Assembly: GCF_006345805.1 (NCBI RefSeq)
Contig: NC_043000.1
Coordinates: forward strand, 126,232,001-126,296,000
Length of the DNA stretch: 64,000 nt
Direction: 5' to 3'
Source of the DNA: Octopus sinensis
Lineage: Eukaryota
Shown: piece after piece, positions 23,620 to 37,600 of the stretch
How the letters are laid out: each line of letters begins with the position of its first letter
How positions within the stretch are numbered: position 1 is the stretch's first letter
Translations under genes and position numbers: made by a program
The notes under the pieces: model-generated
The model's database searches: none
What the model was told of the DNA's origin: nothing
Seen by the model: the letters and a program-made list of their open reading frames with translations, nothing else

Positions 23620-26600
23620 GTAGGTCCCGGGTTGAGTCGGGGTTAACCACAGTAAATAAGGTACTCAATACATAGCAGAGTAAATTAATTTATTTATTTT
23701 ATAGAAGGAGCTTCTACAGGACTAGAACTGTTTCATTCAAATGAAATCATCAGGAAGCTTCCTGATGATTTCATTTGAATGAAACAGTTCTAGTCCTGTA
23801 GAAGCTCCTTCTATAAAATAAATAAAAAAAAAAATATATATATATATGTGATAAGTGTGTGTTATGCTGAAAGTAGGCTATGGTGCAAGTAAATAATTAG
23901 GGTAGGCATTAATGGAATAAATTACGAATAAAAAGCCTATCACTCTGCTAGTACCTTGATAATTGCATCAGTGCCACCTCATGCACTAAACAGTAAGTCA
24001 CTCACATTTTTCATAACCCACATAACTATTTCCAAACCATACTGCAATTCATCTCCAACACCTGTAATACTTCCATTAATTTCTTAGACATAGTGAAGGT
24101 AAGTGGGCCAGTGGTTAGGGTGTTGCATTCATGTTTGCCAGATCAGGGTTTCAATTCCTGGACTGGACCGTGCAGTGTGTTCTTGAGCAAAACACTCCAT
24201 TTCATGCTGTTCTGACATGTGGCACACCATGCACCTGTACAGTTAACGTTGATTTGATGGAAAGAGCGAGTTCTAATTCTGCTTTCTGTTCTCATCCTCT
24301 AACTATTTCTGTTGGTTTATGGTCTACATTTGTTTACATTGTGTTATTAGTACTAGCTAAGTGTCTGTATATCTTAATTACATACACACCACATGATCAT
24401 AATTATGTCGTTTTTACTTTATACAATGAATAATATTTTACTGACATGCTATTTGAGACAAATGCCGTTCTTTTGTAAACAATCTGTTAATTTACTGTCC
24501 TATTTTTATTTTTGGCTTGTATTTATAATAATAATAATAATAATAATAATGAAATTATTGTATACAGTGCTCAGGTGCACCACAACTTGTCAGAAAGTGC
24601 ATATAAAGTACATGCAGTAATGTAGAAATGTCTGGAAAGTGAACATGCTTGTGTGTGTATGGAGGGGAGAAAATCAAGTGTAGTGTTGGTGAATCTCAGG
24701 AAGCATGGAAGTTTTGAAGGATGCAGTGCTCCGACAACTAACAACCGATGCTGGCAGTTTGTTCCACGCTTCAGCAACTCTCAGCGTGAAAAAATGTTTC
24801 CTGAAGTCATGGGAGCTGTGCTGTTTTCTTACTTTGTAAATATGTCCACGGGTGTTAGATGGGTGGAGTTTGAAGAGGTGCTCAGAGTTATTGTTTGTGC
24901 GATGGTTGATAATTTTATGGGTGTCTGCCAAGTCAGCTGCCAGACGTCGGAGTTTCAATGTATCCATGCCCAGGGAAGTAAGGCGTTCAGGATATGGCAA
25001 ATGCCTGATGGAGGGTATTCTTTTGGTTGCACGTCGCTGAACAGCTTCCAGACGATTGATGTCCTGGGCAAGATAGGGGTTCCAGACCGGTGATGCAAAT
25101 TCCAGGTGAGGTCTTACCATAGCTATATAAAGCCGCAGATAGATAGCCGGAGAGCGGCTCACAAAGGATTTGGTGAGTGATGCCAAGACACCCTCAGCCT
25201 TCTTGACAATTTTAGCGATGTGTTTTGTCCAACGCAAATCACTGTCGACAATAACACCCAGGTCACATTCACTTGAAGACTTTTTGAGACTAGTGTTGTG
25301 GAGGGAGTAGGTGGACGCTGGGTTTCTCCTCCCAAAATGCATGGTGGTACATTTGTCCACAGCCAGCTTGAGTTGCCAGTCCATGATCCACTGCTGCATT
25401 GTGTCCAGGTCTGCTTGCAATAGAGATCCATAGTGTACAGGATTTGACCTCTTTATTTCGAGGTACAGCTTGATGTCATCTGCATATTTCAGCACTGTGG
25501 CATTCTTTAAGTTGGCATCTATGTCATTAACATATGCAACAAATAAAAGGGGGCCAAGAACAGATCCCTGCGGCACACCAGATGTCATCTCATAGGGCGA
25601 AGATTGCTGTCCTCTTTTTTTCTAACAATCCTTAAAACTCCTACTTTCAATGTTTAACATATTTACTTGTGTATAAGTCACACCATTTTACATTTGATTT
25701 TAACAGGAAAAAACTGGGGTGTAACTTATATATGGGGTAAAACTATGAAGGAAAAAAAATTTGTATTAGGCCTCCGTGCTGCGGGCACGTAACAAACACC
25801 ATCCGATCGTGGCCGTTCGCCAGCCTCATCTGGCACCTGTGTCGGTGGCACATAAAAACACCATCCGAGCATGGCCGTCTGCCAGCCTCGTCTGGCACCT
25901 GTGTCGGTGGCACATAAAAAACACCATCCGAGCGTGGCCGTTCGCCAGCCTCGTCTGGCACCTGTGTCGGTGGCACATAAAATCACCCACTACACTTTCG
26001 GAGTGGTTGGCGTTAGGAAGGGCATCCAGCTGTAGAAACACTGCCAGATCTGACTGGCCTGGTGCAGCCTTCGGGCTCCCCAGACCCCAGTTGAACCATC
26101 CAACCCATGCTAGCATGGAAAACGGACGCTAAATGAATGATGATGATGATGATTTAACACTAAATTAGGGATGCAACTTATACACATACAGGAGTTGGAC
26201 AAAATAATGGGAACACCTAGCATCATAGTTTCATAATTTTGAAATATCTATAAAACCATCAAAAGCTTGTTTATTTTTATGTTTTTTGATTTATTATTAG
26301 TGTTGCTTAATATGTTTTGCTAAAATTGCTGTTTCTTTCCAGATATCATCAGAAAAAGGTAATTAAAATTCATTAAAATGACAGATCTATCGGACTTTCA
26401 AAGAGGTCAAATTGTTGGTGCTCTTATGGCAGGCACCAGTGTAATGAAAACAGCCAAAAATGTTTGGTGTATCAACAAGTACTGTCTCGAAAGTAATGAC
26501 AGCCTTTGAGAAAGAGGGAAAAACCTCCTCGTTGAAAAAAACCAGAACTTTCAGATAGGGACTGTTGGACTCTTACACGAATTGTTAAAAAGAATCACAA

Positions 26601-29600
26601 AGTACAGCTCCCAAAATTACTGCAGAACTTAATGGCCACCTCGAGAACCCAGTTTCCACAAAAACTGTTTGCTGGGAGCTGTACAAAGCTAGATTTTATG
26701 GGAGGGCTGCAATCAGAAGACCACTACTTTCAAAAACGAATATTGCAAAGCATTTCGAGTGGAGTAAAAACCTACAGAATTGGTCCCTAGAGCAGCGGAA
26801 GAATGTTATTTTCACATATGAGTCATCCATTACCTTATTTCCGACCACTGGCTGAATATGTGTGGAGACAGCCCAAAGAAGCATTTGATCCAGAATGCCT
26901 TCTTTCAACTATTAAACATAGTGGAAGATCTGTGATGATCTGGGATGGAGGGCTATATCTTGGAAATCTGCCGCCCAATGGTTTCCCTTCATGGCAGAAT
27001 AAATAGTCAAGACTATTTAAGCATTTTATCTGATCAAATTCATCCTATGGTTGCGGAACTGTTTCCGGAGGGAAACGCAATCTTTCAGGATGATAATGCA
27101 CCAATTCACACAGCTAAAGTTGTTACTGAGTGGCACAAGGAACATTTTAGTAAAGTTGAGCATCTTATCTGGCTACCAGTCCCCAGATTTCAATATTATT
27201 GAACATCAATGGTGCATTTTAGAAAAAGAAGTAAGGAGTCGATATCCTTCACCATCATCACTACAAGAACTGGAGACTGTTTTAGCTGAAGAATGGACAA
27301 AAATTCCTTTAGAAACAATTCAAATTTTGTACGAGTCCATACCTCGTAGAATTCAAGCTGTAATTACTGCCAAAGGTCGTCCTACTCCATATTAAAATAA
27401 ATTTGTTTGAAATTTTAAGGTGCTTACCTCCAGGATTATCAACGTGCATAAATATTAATCCTTCAGACATATCCAGAACGGAGAAAAACTGAAAAGATAC
27501 AGAATATAAAATAGATTTTAGCAAGAACCTTTCCTTAGTTAAGATAAAGATCACCAATTTAAGACAATTTAAACAAAATCTAGTTGATTTATCAAATCTA
27601 GAGAAAAGACAAGCCAAATTATCTCTGGTGAGATTTGGAGTCAAAACTTAATATCGAGAGTCATGCATCAAGTGCTCTCTTATTCTTGCTTCACTGAAGA
27701 TTTTGGCTTAAGTAAAAATAATCCTGGTTTACTTCTGCACAAGCATGAAGCCCGAGATATTTTTACTGAGAGAGAATAAAGTTGGGAATCATGGCACACT
27801 TGCTTTTTTGAGGTCCCTTCAACCAAGCAGATCCTTTATTTGAAGTAATTCTTAACCTTACTGGATAAACAATTTTCAAGTGTTACATTCTTAACATCAC
27901 CATCATTTAACGTCTGTTGTCCACGCTGGCATGGTTTGGATGGTTTGACCAGGGCTGATAAGGCTGAGGGCCTGCTCCAAACTTCAGCCTGATTTGGCAT
28001 AGTTACTATGGTTTTATGCCCTTCCTAATACCAAGCTCTCCAAGAGTGTAATGAGTGTTTTTACGTGCCATCAGTATCTGCCATGACTATGATTCCACTT
28101 GGCTTGATGGCTCTTCTTCTCAAGCATGGCATATTGCCAAAGCTCTCGGGCATTTGTCATTGCCTCCATGACATCATCTGAAAATTATTTTATTTTACAC
28201 TGAACATAACTTGTGTTTAGATGAAACTAATAGAAGACTTTTGCCCAAGTGGGACTCAACTGAAGCCCACTATAAAACAAAGTGTTTTAATTCGAGAATA
28301 TTTAGAAGACCTAGCGGGCAAGAGGTGTAAACTGTTATACCAAGAGAGATATTAAGATATTAATTATGGTGAAAATAAACTTACTCGGTCGTGTGTGATG
28401 GTTTCAAGTTGGGCTTCATTCCAAGTAATGCCACCATCAGATGAAATTTGCATTCTTCTTTCTTTGCCCTTCAGAATGAAAATAAAGATATAATTTCAGT
28501 AAGAAAGGTGATCAAGAAAATATTTACTGCAATATTTCACAAGGAACAGTCATTCGATAGTAATTAACAAATTTCTCAAAAACCCTGCTTTACTAAGAAT
28601 GATTTTTTTTTTTTATCTTTAACCTTTTCACTTGTTTCAGTCATTGGATTACGGTCATGCTGGAACACCACCTTGAAGGATTTATACAGACACACACAAC
28701 ACACACACACATTGGGCTTCTTCCATCCCTGTTCACCAATCCACACACTTCGGTTAATCCTGGACTATACAGGAAAACACTTGCCTGAGGTGACACAAGT
28801 AGGACAAAATCTGAGACCATGGTTAAGAAGTAAGCTTCTTAATTACACAGCCGTGCCTGCATCTATGATATATACATATATATCTCTATATCTATAAACA
28901 GCAAAATGTTTGTGTGTCTGTGTGTCCTTTATACAAATCCAGTTTTTCACGTAAAAGGCTCGCATTTTCTATGGGCTTTCAAAACTATCTAAGGGTGATT
29001 GTGAAGATATTTTCATTTTCCCAGACACTCCAGAAAGCCATTAAAAACATCAATAAACCAACCCCTTATACCCATAAGTTATGGGCATATCCATTCAAAA
29101 TTGCTAAAAAATAGAAATTTGTACACGGTGCATGCATACAGCTAGATATGCCAATAGGCTGCCAGCTGTTTTTTGATTGGACAGAGATAATTTTACCCTT
29201 GACAGTTGAATGCGCATGCGCATTTGCAGACAGTCTGTATGACTCAGTGCATTTTTGTGTTTTGCAAAGACACGTTATCATGAGTATTGGTTTTCAAACG
29301 TGCACGCTTTTTTGATTTGATAAATGCAGGGAATAATTAACGAGTCAGACCAAGTTAATGACAAGAGAGCGGGATTTTCATGAAAGACCAAATATACCTG
29401 ATATGCTATTGTTCCTTAAGTATGCCATAAAAGAGTTGGAGCCTATTCAATGAATCTATTTAGGAAAGGCTTTACTTTTATGCTTCTGGTTGATTTAAGA
29501 TATCCAGCCAGAGCCCAGGATGTTTTATTCAAGTAGGATTAAAAATGAAAAATGAGTAAGTTGACCAAACTCCAAGGGATTTTCATAAAAAAACGTTTAT

Positions 29601-31557
29601 TTGTTTGCATTCAGCCTAAGATCGAATCATTTGCTACTTGCACAACAGGGGCATAGGGTTAACAGGGTGATCCTTTTGGTGCAAAAAATCTTAATTTGAT
29701 TCAAGTTTACCAAAACTGTCAATCAATCAATGGAAACTCAATAAAACTATTCCTTGCAGGTTTCCGCATTTAAATTGACTGCAACCTTTTCTTTTAGCTC
29801 TAACTTGAGGTACGAATGACATAAGATACAAAGATTTTCTTTAGCGAAATTTCATGCTTTTGTGTTTTGAGATACAAGTGAAAATTGAGATGCTAATTAA
29901 TTTCCAGTCACATTTTTCCGCTCGCTAGGAAATTTGAAAACTTTGTCAGCCCTGATTATTGATTTCATTTTGTTGGTGAAGGTTTGCTTTCATGGTGGTC
30001 TTTATTGATTTTCTAGCATGCTCCCCCTTCATCTTCAACAAAGCCACCAAATTTGCGATGATTAATTACCCAGTGCAGTTGCACCTCTGGGTGGGCTCAG
30101 AATTTGCAGAGGCTCAGTCAAACGTGTTAAAAAACATAGGTGATGGAAAGGCGAACATAATTTCCGTGAACAAAGAAGGGGATTTAGCACAAAATGAAGC
30201 AATCTTTATCTGTAAAAAGCCTGAGTTTTGTTCTTACTCCATTTTATAGCTAACCAAACAGAAGCACACTTGTACCTAAGACAATTCAAGGCAAGAACTC
30301 ACAAGTCACACAGTGTTTCTGCATTACCTTGATTAAGTAAGAACTTTTTATTGAAACACCGGAAACGAACAACAAGCATATGATATGAAGCTTTCAGTTA
30401 GCAGGACTGTGCACATGTCATAGTCAGACGAAAAAGGAGGAAGAAGAAAGCAAAAAACTTGAATTTGACTGCACCACAGCATGATTTTGAAAATACACAT
30501 AACCATCGTTTGTTGTGTTCACATTCAGCTGAGGTCGAATCATTTGCTGTCTACATAGCAGGTGACAAGGGTACTCAGGTTATTACTTAATTTGATTAGA
30601 GTTGGCCCCTAACAAACCCTTACGGGCTTCTTCAATCAAATTGAATTACAACCGCTTTCTTTTAGCCTTAACTTCCACATAATAAGCTCTATATTTGCTA
30701 CTGCAAATTTATTGGGTTTTTCCACTTCACAAATGCCCTATGTTTTTCTAACTTGAATCCACTTTCCACTAATTAATTAGACCATGCATCAAACACCACA
30801 AAAAGCATTTTCCCGCATAGACAATTAGTCATCCTGTGCATGTATGTGCGTAGGTGTGGCACTGCGTATGACCTTCAACGTGTGCATGTATGCATGCATG
30901 TTTGTACCGGCCAATGCTGCTAAGGGACATATGTAAACGTCTGACCTTGGATTTGCGCATAGTAAATCATTATCCAATAAGATTCAAAGCGCTAATAAAG
31001 CGTGAGGATGCATGCTTTTGGTGCCCAGACTCAAACGCTTTTCACAATTACGCTTCATGGCTCCGTTTCCGTTACTGATTGCAAGTTTTGTTCATAAAAT
31101 TCCACTTTACCTATCACTTTTACTTGGGTTGCTTCGCCATATTCATCAATTAACACTCGCCATATTCATCAATTAACACTCAATTAAAGCAGCTGCTGCA
31201 GTTTGACCCCAATTTTTTTTTGTGCTCGACTAGCACTAGACCCGGCAACACTGGGTCATAGTGCTAGTGTGTGTGTGTATGTATATATACACACACACAC
31301 ACGTTTAGCATACGTGTGTCATCAAAAATCCCAACTTAATGATAAAAAATAGCACATCAACACAATGGGGAAAACCATTAATAAATGTCACCAATCTAGT
31401 AAATATATGTACATACGCAGAATTGAAGTACTTGAACAATTAGATATGATTGTAACGTATTGATTGAGAACATCACCCACATATGTACATATACATACAT
31501 CTGTGTGTGTATATACATATATATACACACACACACACACACATATATACACATTTA

Positions 31558-31603
<46 letters not shown>

Positions 31604-34600
31604 ATAGTTGTATACTGTGAACTTAATGTGACAGTCCCACGAAGGGAATCATACTACTGCTATTTAGCGCTAGGAAGCAGCAACGCTTCCTGTCGGCCTT
31701 GACACATTTCCTGTGTCCTTATGTTTGCAAGGGGGAGATAAGCACCTCCACCCAGCTAAGCCTGCAGTCAGAGACTAGTTTCTGAGTCTTTGCTCGTCAT
31801 CAGTCTGGAGTAGCATGGCCTGCAAGTTGGAGATGTCTATCTAGCCTTTGCAAACATATAAGAATTTGAATTTGAGTGAAATAAATTCACTGATTATAAA
31901 AATAGAAATAATACATTTCTCAGAGAGATTTATGCAGTAGTGGTACGATAAAGTAGTTGTATACTGTCAACTTAATGTGACAGTCCCATGAAGGGAATTA
32001 TACTGCTGCTATTTAGCCCTAGGAAGCATCACAGGTGCCTTTTATGTGTCACCAGCGCAAGCCACAACTACAATTTCACTTGCCTTGATGAGTCTTGTCA
32101 AGCACAACATAAAGCTAACTATTGATTTACATTATATTTTGTTAAGAAGGTCAACAAACTAGTTTACTGAAAACCAGTCTAGAAGTAGCAGGTCCAGAGA
32201 TTAGTTACAAATCACAATATAACTAATCCCAACCCTTGAATTCAAATAACAAACATATCATTGTCAACTGAATTTAATGACAACATAACCAAGCCTAACA
32301 AACAGGTGGCATGATTAAAAGCCAAACAAATAAAGAACATTAGCAAAATGCCAAGGTCAAAAACAGCAAGAAATACCAACCAAATCACAACATCCCTCTC
32401 CTCTTTTTAATGTCAACTTTCCCATGCTCACATGGGTCTGACAGAAATTTGTTAAGGCTGATTTTCTATAGCTGAATGCTCTTCCCATCACCAACCCTCA
32501 CCTGTTTCATCATCATCATCAATTAACGTCTGCTTTCCATGCTACCATGGGTTGGACGGTTTTGACAGAGGGCTGGCAACCAGATGGCTGCACCAGGCAC
32601 CAGTCTTGATCTGGCAGAGTTTCTACAGCTGGATGCCCTTCCTAACGCCAACCACTCCGAGAGTGTAGTGGGTGCTTTTTACGTGCCACCTGCATGGGAG
32701 CCAGTCAGGCGGTACTGGCAATGACCTCGCTCGAATCTTTTTATACGTGCCACCGACACAGGTGCCGGTGAAGCGACGTTGGTAATGATCACGCTCGAAT
32801 GGTGCCCTTGTACGTGCCACGGGTACGGAAGCCAGTTGGCTACTCTGGCAACGATCACACTAGTATGGTGCTCTTTGCACCCCACTAGCACTTCCCCATG
32901 ACCAAGCATGTTTCCACAGATGATTGGAAACAAAGGACTCTGTTTGCATGAGAGTGACACTTGTTTATAACTATCGCGTGGCATCAAGGCAAAGAGACAG
33001 TAACACACACACACATGTCCATATATACTATATGTACATGAAGGGCTTCTTTCAGTTTCCATCAACCAAGACTTTGGTTGGCCTAGGGCTATAATAAGCT
33101 GCACAGTGGGACTGAACCTAAAACCATGTGGTTAGAAAGCAAACTTTTTACCACAACTAGACATGTGCCTTCACCACTACAAAAAGAAAAAAAAAACCAT
33201 GTGCAAATACATATATTGGATAATGTAGTCTCTGACTCACAAAACAACGAAATGGTCATGGATGGAATGTCTTATGTTTGCCAATCAGGGTTGATCTAGG
33301 TCTAAGCAAGAACTATTTCACTACTCTGGCTTAATCATTTTGAATACATAAATGTATCAAGATATAGTCTAGATACATTGACATATTTCTCTGGAAGCTA
33401 TTCACAGATAAAGGTCAAAAGTTACAATATCATCTGAGTTCAATCCAACCTTTGAACCCACAGCATGGAAAGTGTCAAACAAATTCCTTTTCTTATTCAT
33501 AAATAGCCAATCAATAAATCAAATGCTATGTTCAATAGTTATACAGAAAATATTTTAACTTCTCAAGTAGTTACTTTTTTCTCCATTTTCTTTTACTTTA
33601 TCAGAGAAACAAACCACACACATACACACACACAACTGAAACACTCGCACACATCCACCCATTCATCTCACATAATGCTCTCACATTAAAATGTTAAATA
33701 AACAAACAATAGACAAGTGGACTGACAGGTTTTGATATAGTGTGTACTTCCCATTGTGTTAGCCAGCAATTCAATGCTTTAAATGCGATGTTTATAAAAT
33801 TTTAATGTTTTTGAAGACAAAAATGGCTATGAATACTATTACAAGGTCATCTAAAAAATACTGATATTTATTTATTCTTCAGGTTCCCAACAAGATTAAT
33901 CCTTTTGCATTCAGATTATTCTAGCAAATGTAATGCTTATTTATTCATATTCCTATGAATTCAACGTGTATTATCTTGTAGCTTCAAGATTTCAATGTGA
34001 TTGTTTACTTTTAGGATGATATTGTCAGGTAAGTGTAAGAGGATGGATCCAGTATGGGCTGGATATGACAAGTCTAAATGCTAAAGAACAAAAAGAATTT
34101 AAAGAAAGTTCTTCTCAACTAAATTACAGAAGTTTTATAGAAGTGAGTGTATCAGCATAAGTTTATTTTTTGACAGTTTCTTTTTATTATTTTCTTTTAA
34201 AGCAAGGTGGTGTCCTGGCATGGCCACAGCTTGTGGGTTGCAACAAGTGAAAGCATATTAATCAAACCCGGCTGTCGTTACAGTAATGTCTGAACAATTT
34301 AGCAGTAATATTTCAAAGAAAGACAATGGCAAAATCATTTCAAAAGATTTGTTCTCTTATACAGTTAGACAATATAATTAATACTGTTTTTGCTGGTGTA
34401 TAAGATGCACTTGTGCATTAGGCATATCCCTATTTTACAAATATATTTGAAGAAAAAAAGTAAATTTAGTATGTTTCATCATATACCTACTTAAAGATAT
34501 TTTGAAGTGATTTCATAGAGGAAGAAATATATGAGCCTGTGCATGTGAATACATTATTCTGGAGGCACGTAAAAAGCACCAACCGATCGTGGCTGTTGCC

Positions 34601-37600
34601 AGCCTCCCCTGGCATCTGTGCTGGTGGCACGTAAAAAGCACCCACTACACTCACGGAGTGGTTGGCGTTAGGAAGGGCATTCAGCTGTAGAAACACTGCC
34701 AGATCAGACTGGAGCCTGGTGCAGCCTCCTGGCTTCCCAGACCCCAGCCGAACCATCCAACCCATGCTAGCATGGAAAAGAGACGTTAAACAATGATGAT
34801 GATGATATACTGGAATAAACTATGAAACTATAAACTTATAAATATGCAACTAGCTATAAATAAACCACTTTGTAAAACTGGTATTTCGGGCTTTGTTGTT
34901 TAGTGTAACTGTGACTAGTCACCGGGGCGGCATATCCACTGCTACCATTTTGTTGCCATTTCATTTGTTGCCTTCTATCTTTCTAGGTGAATTTTTCATT
35001 CAGACAATTAAAAACAAAACTTTCTTAAAGGCAACAAAATCAATTGTTAATGTAAGACATGTCAGGTGAGTTTTCTATGCTGGAGAAGGAATTATAACAA
35101 AATTCTCTGACCTCCCTACATAACTACTGACATACTTTTCTTTTACTTGTATCAATCATTTGACTGCAGCCATGCTGGAGCACTGCCTTAAAGCGTTTTA
35201 GTCAAAGAACTTGACTCCACGACATTCTTTGTAAGTCTAATACTTATTCTATCGGTCTCTTGTGCTGAACTGCTAAGTTACAGGGGCATAAATACATCAG
35301 CATTGGTTGTCAAGTGATGGTAGGGGGACAAACATAGAAACACACAGGCATAATTACACACACACACACAACAAGCTTCTTTCAGTTTCTGTCTACCTCA
35401 TCCACTCACAAAGCTTTGGCCGGCCTGACACTTTCCCAAGGTGCCACAATGGGATAGAACCCAGAACCATGTGGTTGGGAAGCAAGCTTTTTACCATACA
35501 GCTACACCTGCACCTATATATTACTGTAAACAGATTTTCACCATCATCATATTCATCATTGAGTGCCTGTCTTCCATGCTGGCATGAATTGGTAATTCCT
35601 GAGAACTGTAGCAAGGCTCCAGTCTGATTTGGCTTGGTTTCTATGACTGGATGCCCTTCCTAATGTTAACCACTCCATAGAGTGTAGTGGATACCTTTTA
35701 CATGTCAGCTGCACAATAAGTTTGTGCCAACATTCTGTGATGATAATCCCGCTTCGTTCAATATTTCATTATGAGTAACCATCATTAAAGTGGCAAGCTG
35801 GCAGAATTGTAAGCATACAAGACAGAATGCTTGGCAGCATTTTGTCCATCTTTATATTCTGAGTTCAAATTCTGTCGAGGTTGACTTTGCTTTTCATCAA
35901 AAATTCATGAAAATTAAATCTAATGTTTGATTACTGCTTTATTCTCTTCACTGCATAAATATTCTTAATTAATGGGTTTTTCTTTAATTATATTAAATAT
36001 GGTCATAGATTGACTACTTGCAGACAATACTATGAATACGTATAATAAATGCAATCCAATTCTGCCTGCTTACAAGAAAGTTTCAGCAAGAAGTTTATCT
36101 CTCATCTACTGAAATATATGGAGCCAAGAGCAACATGGAAATTTCTAATCAAACAAGATAGAGGGAATCAAAAAAATATATGTAAAGAGGTTAAAATTTG
36201 GATTTGGTTTGCAAGATTCTTGATGAAAATTCATATCATCATCATCAACCAACATCCATTTTCCATGCTGGCATGGGTTGGACGGTTTGACTGGGGACTG
36301 GCAAGCCAGGGGGCTGCACCAGGCTCCAATCTGATCTGACAATATTTCTACAGCTGGATGCCCTTTGTAACGCCAACCACTCAGAGTGTAGTGGATGCTT
36401 TTTACGTGCCACTGGCATGGGAGCCAGTTAGGCGGAAGGCCTGAACTCTGGTGGGAGAGGGTTTGTCAATTACAGCAACCCCACTATTTGAAAGGAAGAA
36501 AGTCAAATCAGCCTCAGTGGAGTTTGAACTCAAGAATGTAAAGCTGGAAGAAATGCAAGAAAGCATTTTATATGATAGTTAATGTTTCTGCTCATAGCTT
36601 TCAAATGAGTAATAATAAAAGAAGTGAAGCAGAACCAATGTGAGTGTCTATTATTTACATAATGACCCTCCCCAGACACAATAAAAAAAGTTAACATAAG
36701 CCATGTAAAACAAGACAACATTCTTATTTCTTTATTGCCCACAAGGGGCTAAACATAGAGGGGACAAACAAGGACAGATAAAGGGATTAAGTCGATTACA
36801 TTGACCCCAGTACGTAACTGGTACTTAATTTATCGACCCGCAAAGTCCACCTCAGCGGAATTTGAACTCAGAACGTAACAACAGAAGAAATACTGCTAAG
36901 CATTTCTCCCAGCGTGCTAATGATTCTGTCAGCTGACCGCCTTCAACAAGACAACATTCTACTGAATCACCAAAGTTTGAAAGAAATGTTGCTGCTAATA
37001 TCAAAAACATGGATTTTACATTAGAAATATTATATAGGCATTTAGTTACACCCATCAGTAAGAAGACTTGAGCTTAAAATGCAAAACATACAAGATGATG
37101 TACAATCACATTTACTGATTATGCATTATCATGTTAACTAGAAATTCAATAAGGAAAGATGAACTCACATCCTTTGTAAGAGTTGTTGCGTAAATGAAAT
37201 TTCCTTGTATTCCAAAAGAAACTACTTCATGTAACAGAGATTTCCATACTTTGTAGTCGCCACTGGATTTTTTCAGTGTATAAACATCACCTTTGTAATC
37301 TGTTAAAGACAAACAGAATTATTATTCAGGAGGCATGCATATACTCTACCCACTCTTCTTATTTCCATGTAGACATGCATATGACAATCTGGTTATTTAA
37401 TATAAAATCCTCTTTGAAAAATTGTAATTCTAGAAGAATTAGATAACAATTTCTTACTTTGGCTGAAGATCAAAAACAAATGCAGTGTATTACTAATACC
37501 ATTTTTTTTTGTGAAAGTGCATGGCCTAGTAGTTAGGGTATTTGACTCACAATTGTAAAAGTTGTGAGTTCAATTGCCAGTGGCACACTATGTCCTTGAG

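Larger units (their letters stand above)
23689..23826. repeat. Perfect 138-bp palindrome centred on AAGCTT
   Basis: Position x pairs with 47515-x with no mismatch and no spacer. Confidence 0.95.

Noticed and set aside
24006-24061. AG/GT-bounded 56-nt segment on minus strand
   Set aside because: Frame-shifting length; w8 and w9 already join correctly; no VPS10 similarity
24653-25093. Long ORFs antisense to LINE coding regions (also 54959-55339, 60568-60939, 62496-62903)
   Set aside because: Shadow frames of reverse transcriptase sequence
25770-25990. Regularly spaced repeats resembling a CRISPR array (also 13870-14110, 43160-43320)
   Set aside because: Eukaryotic context, no unique spacers, no cas genes; they are tandem units of the RTE-tail element
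26340-26352. Other CTGATGA/CTGAAGA hits (e.g. 26346 minus, 15606, 56834)
   Set aside because: No stem II followed by GAAA and no closing stems; not hammerheads
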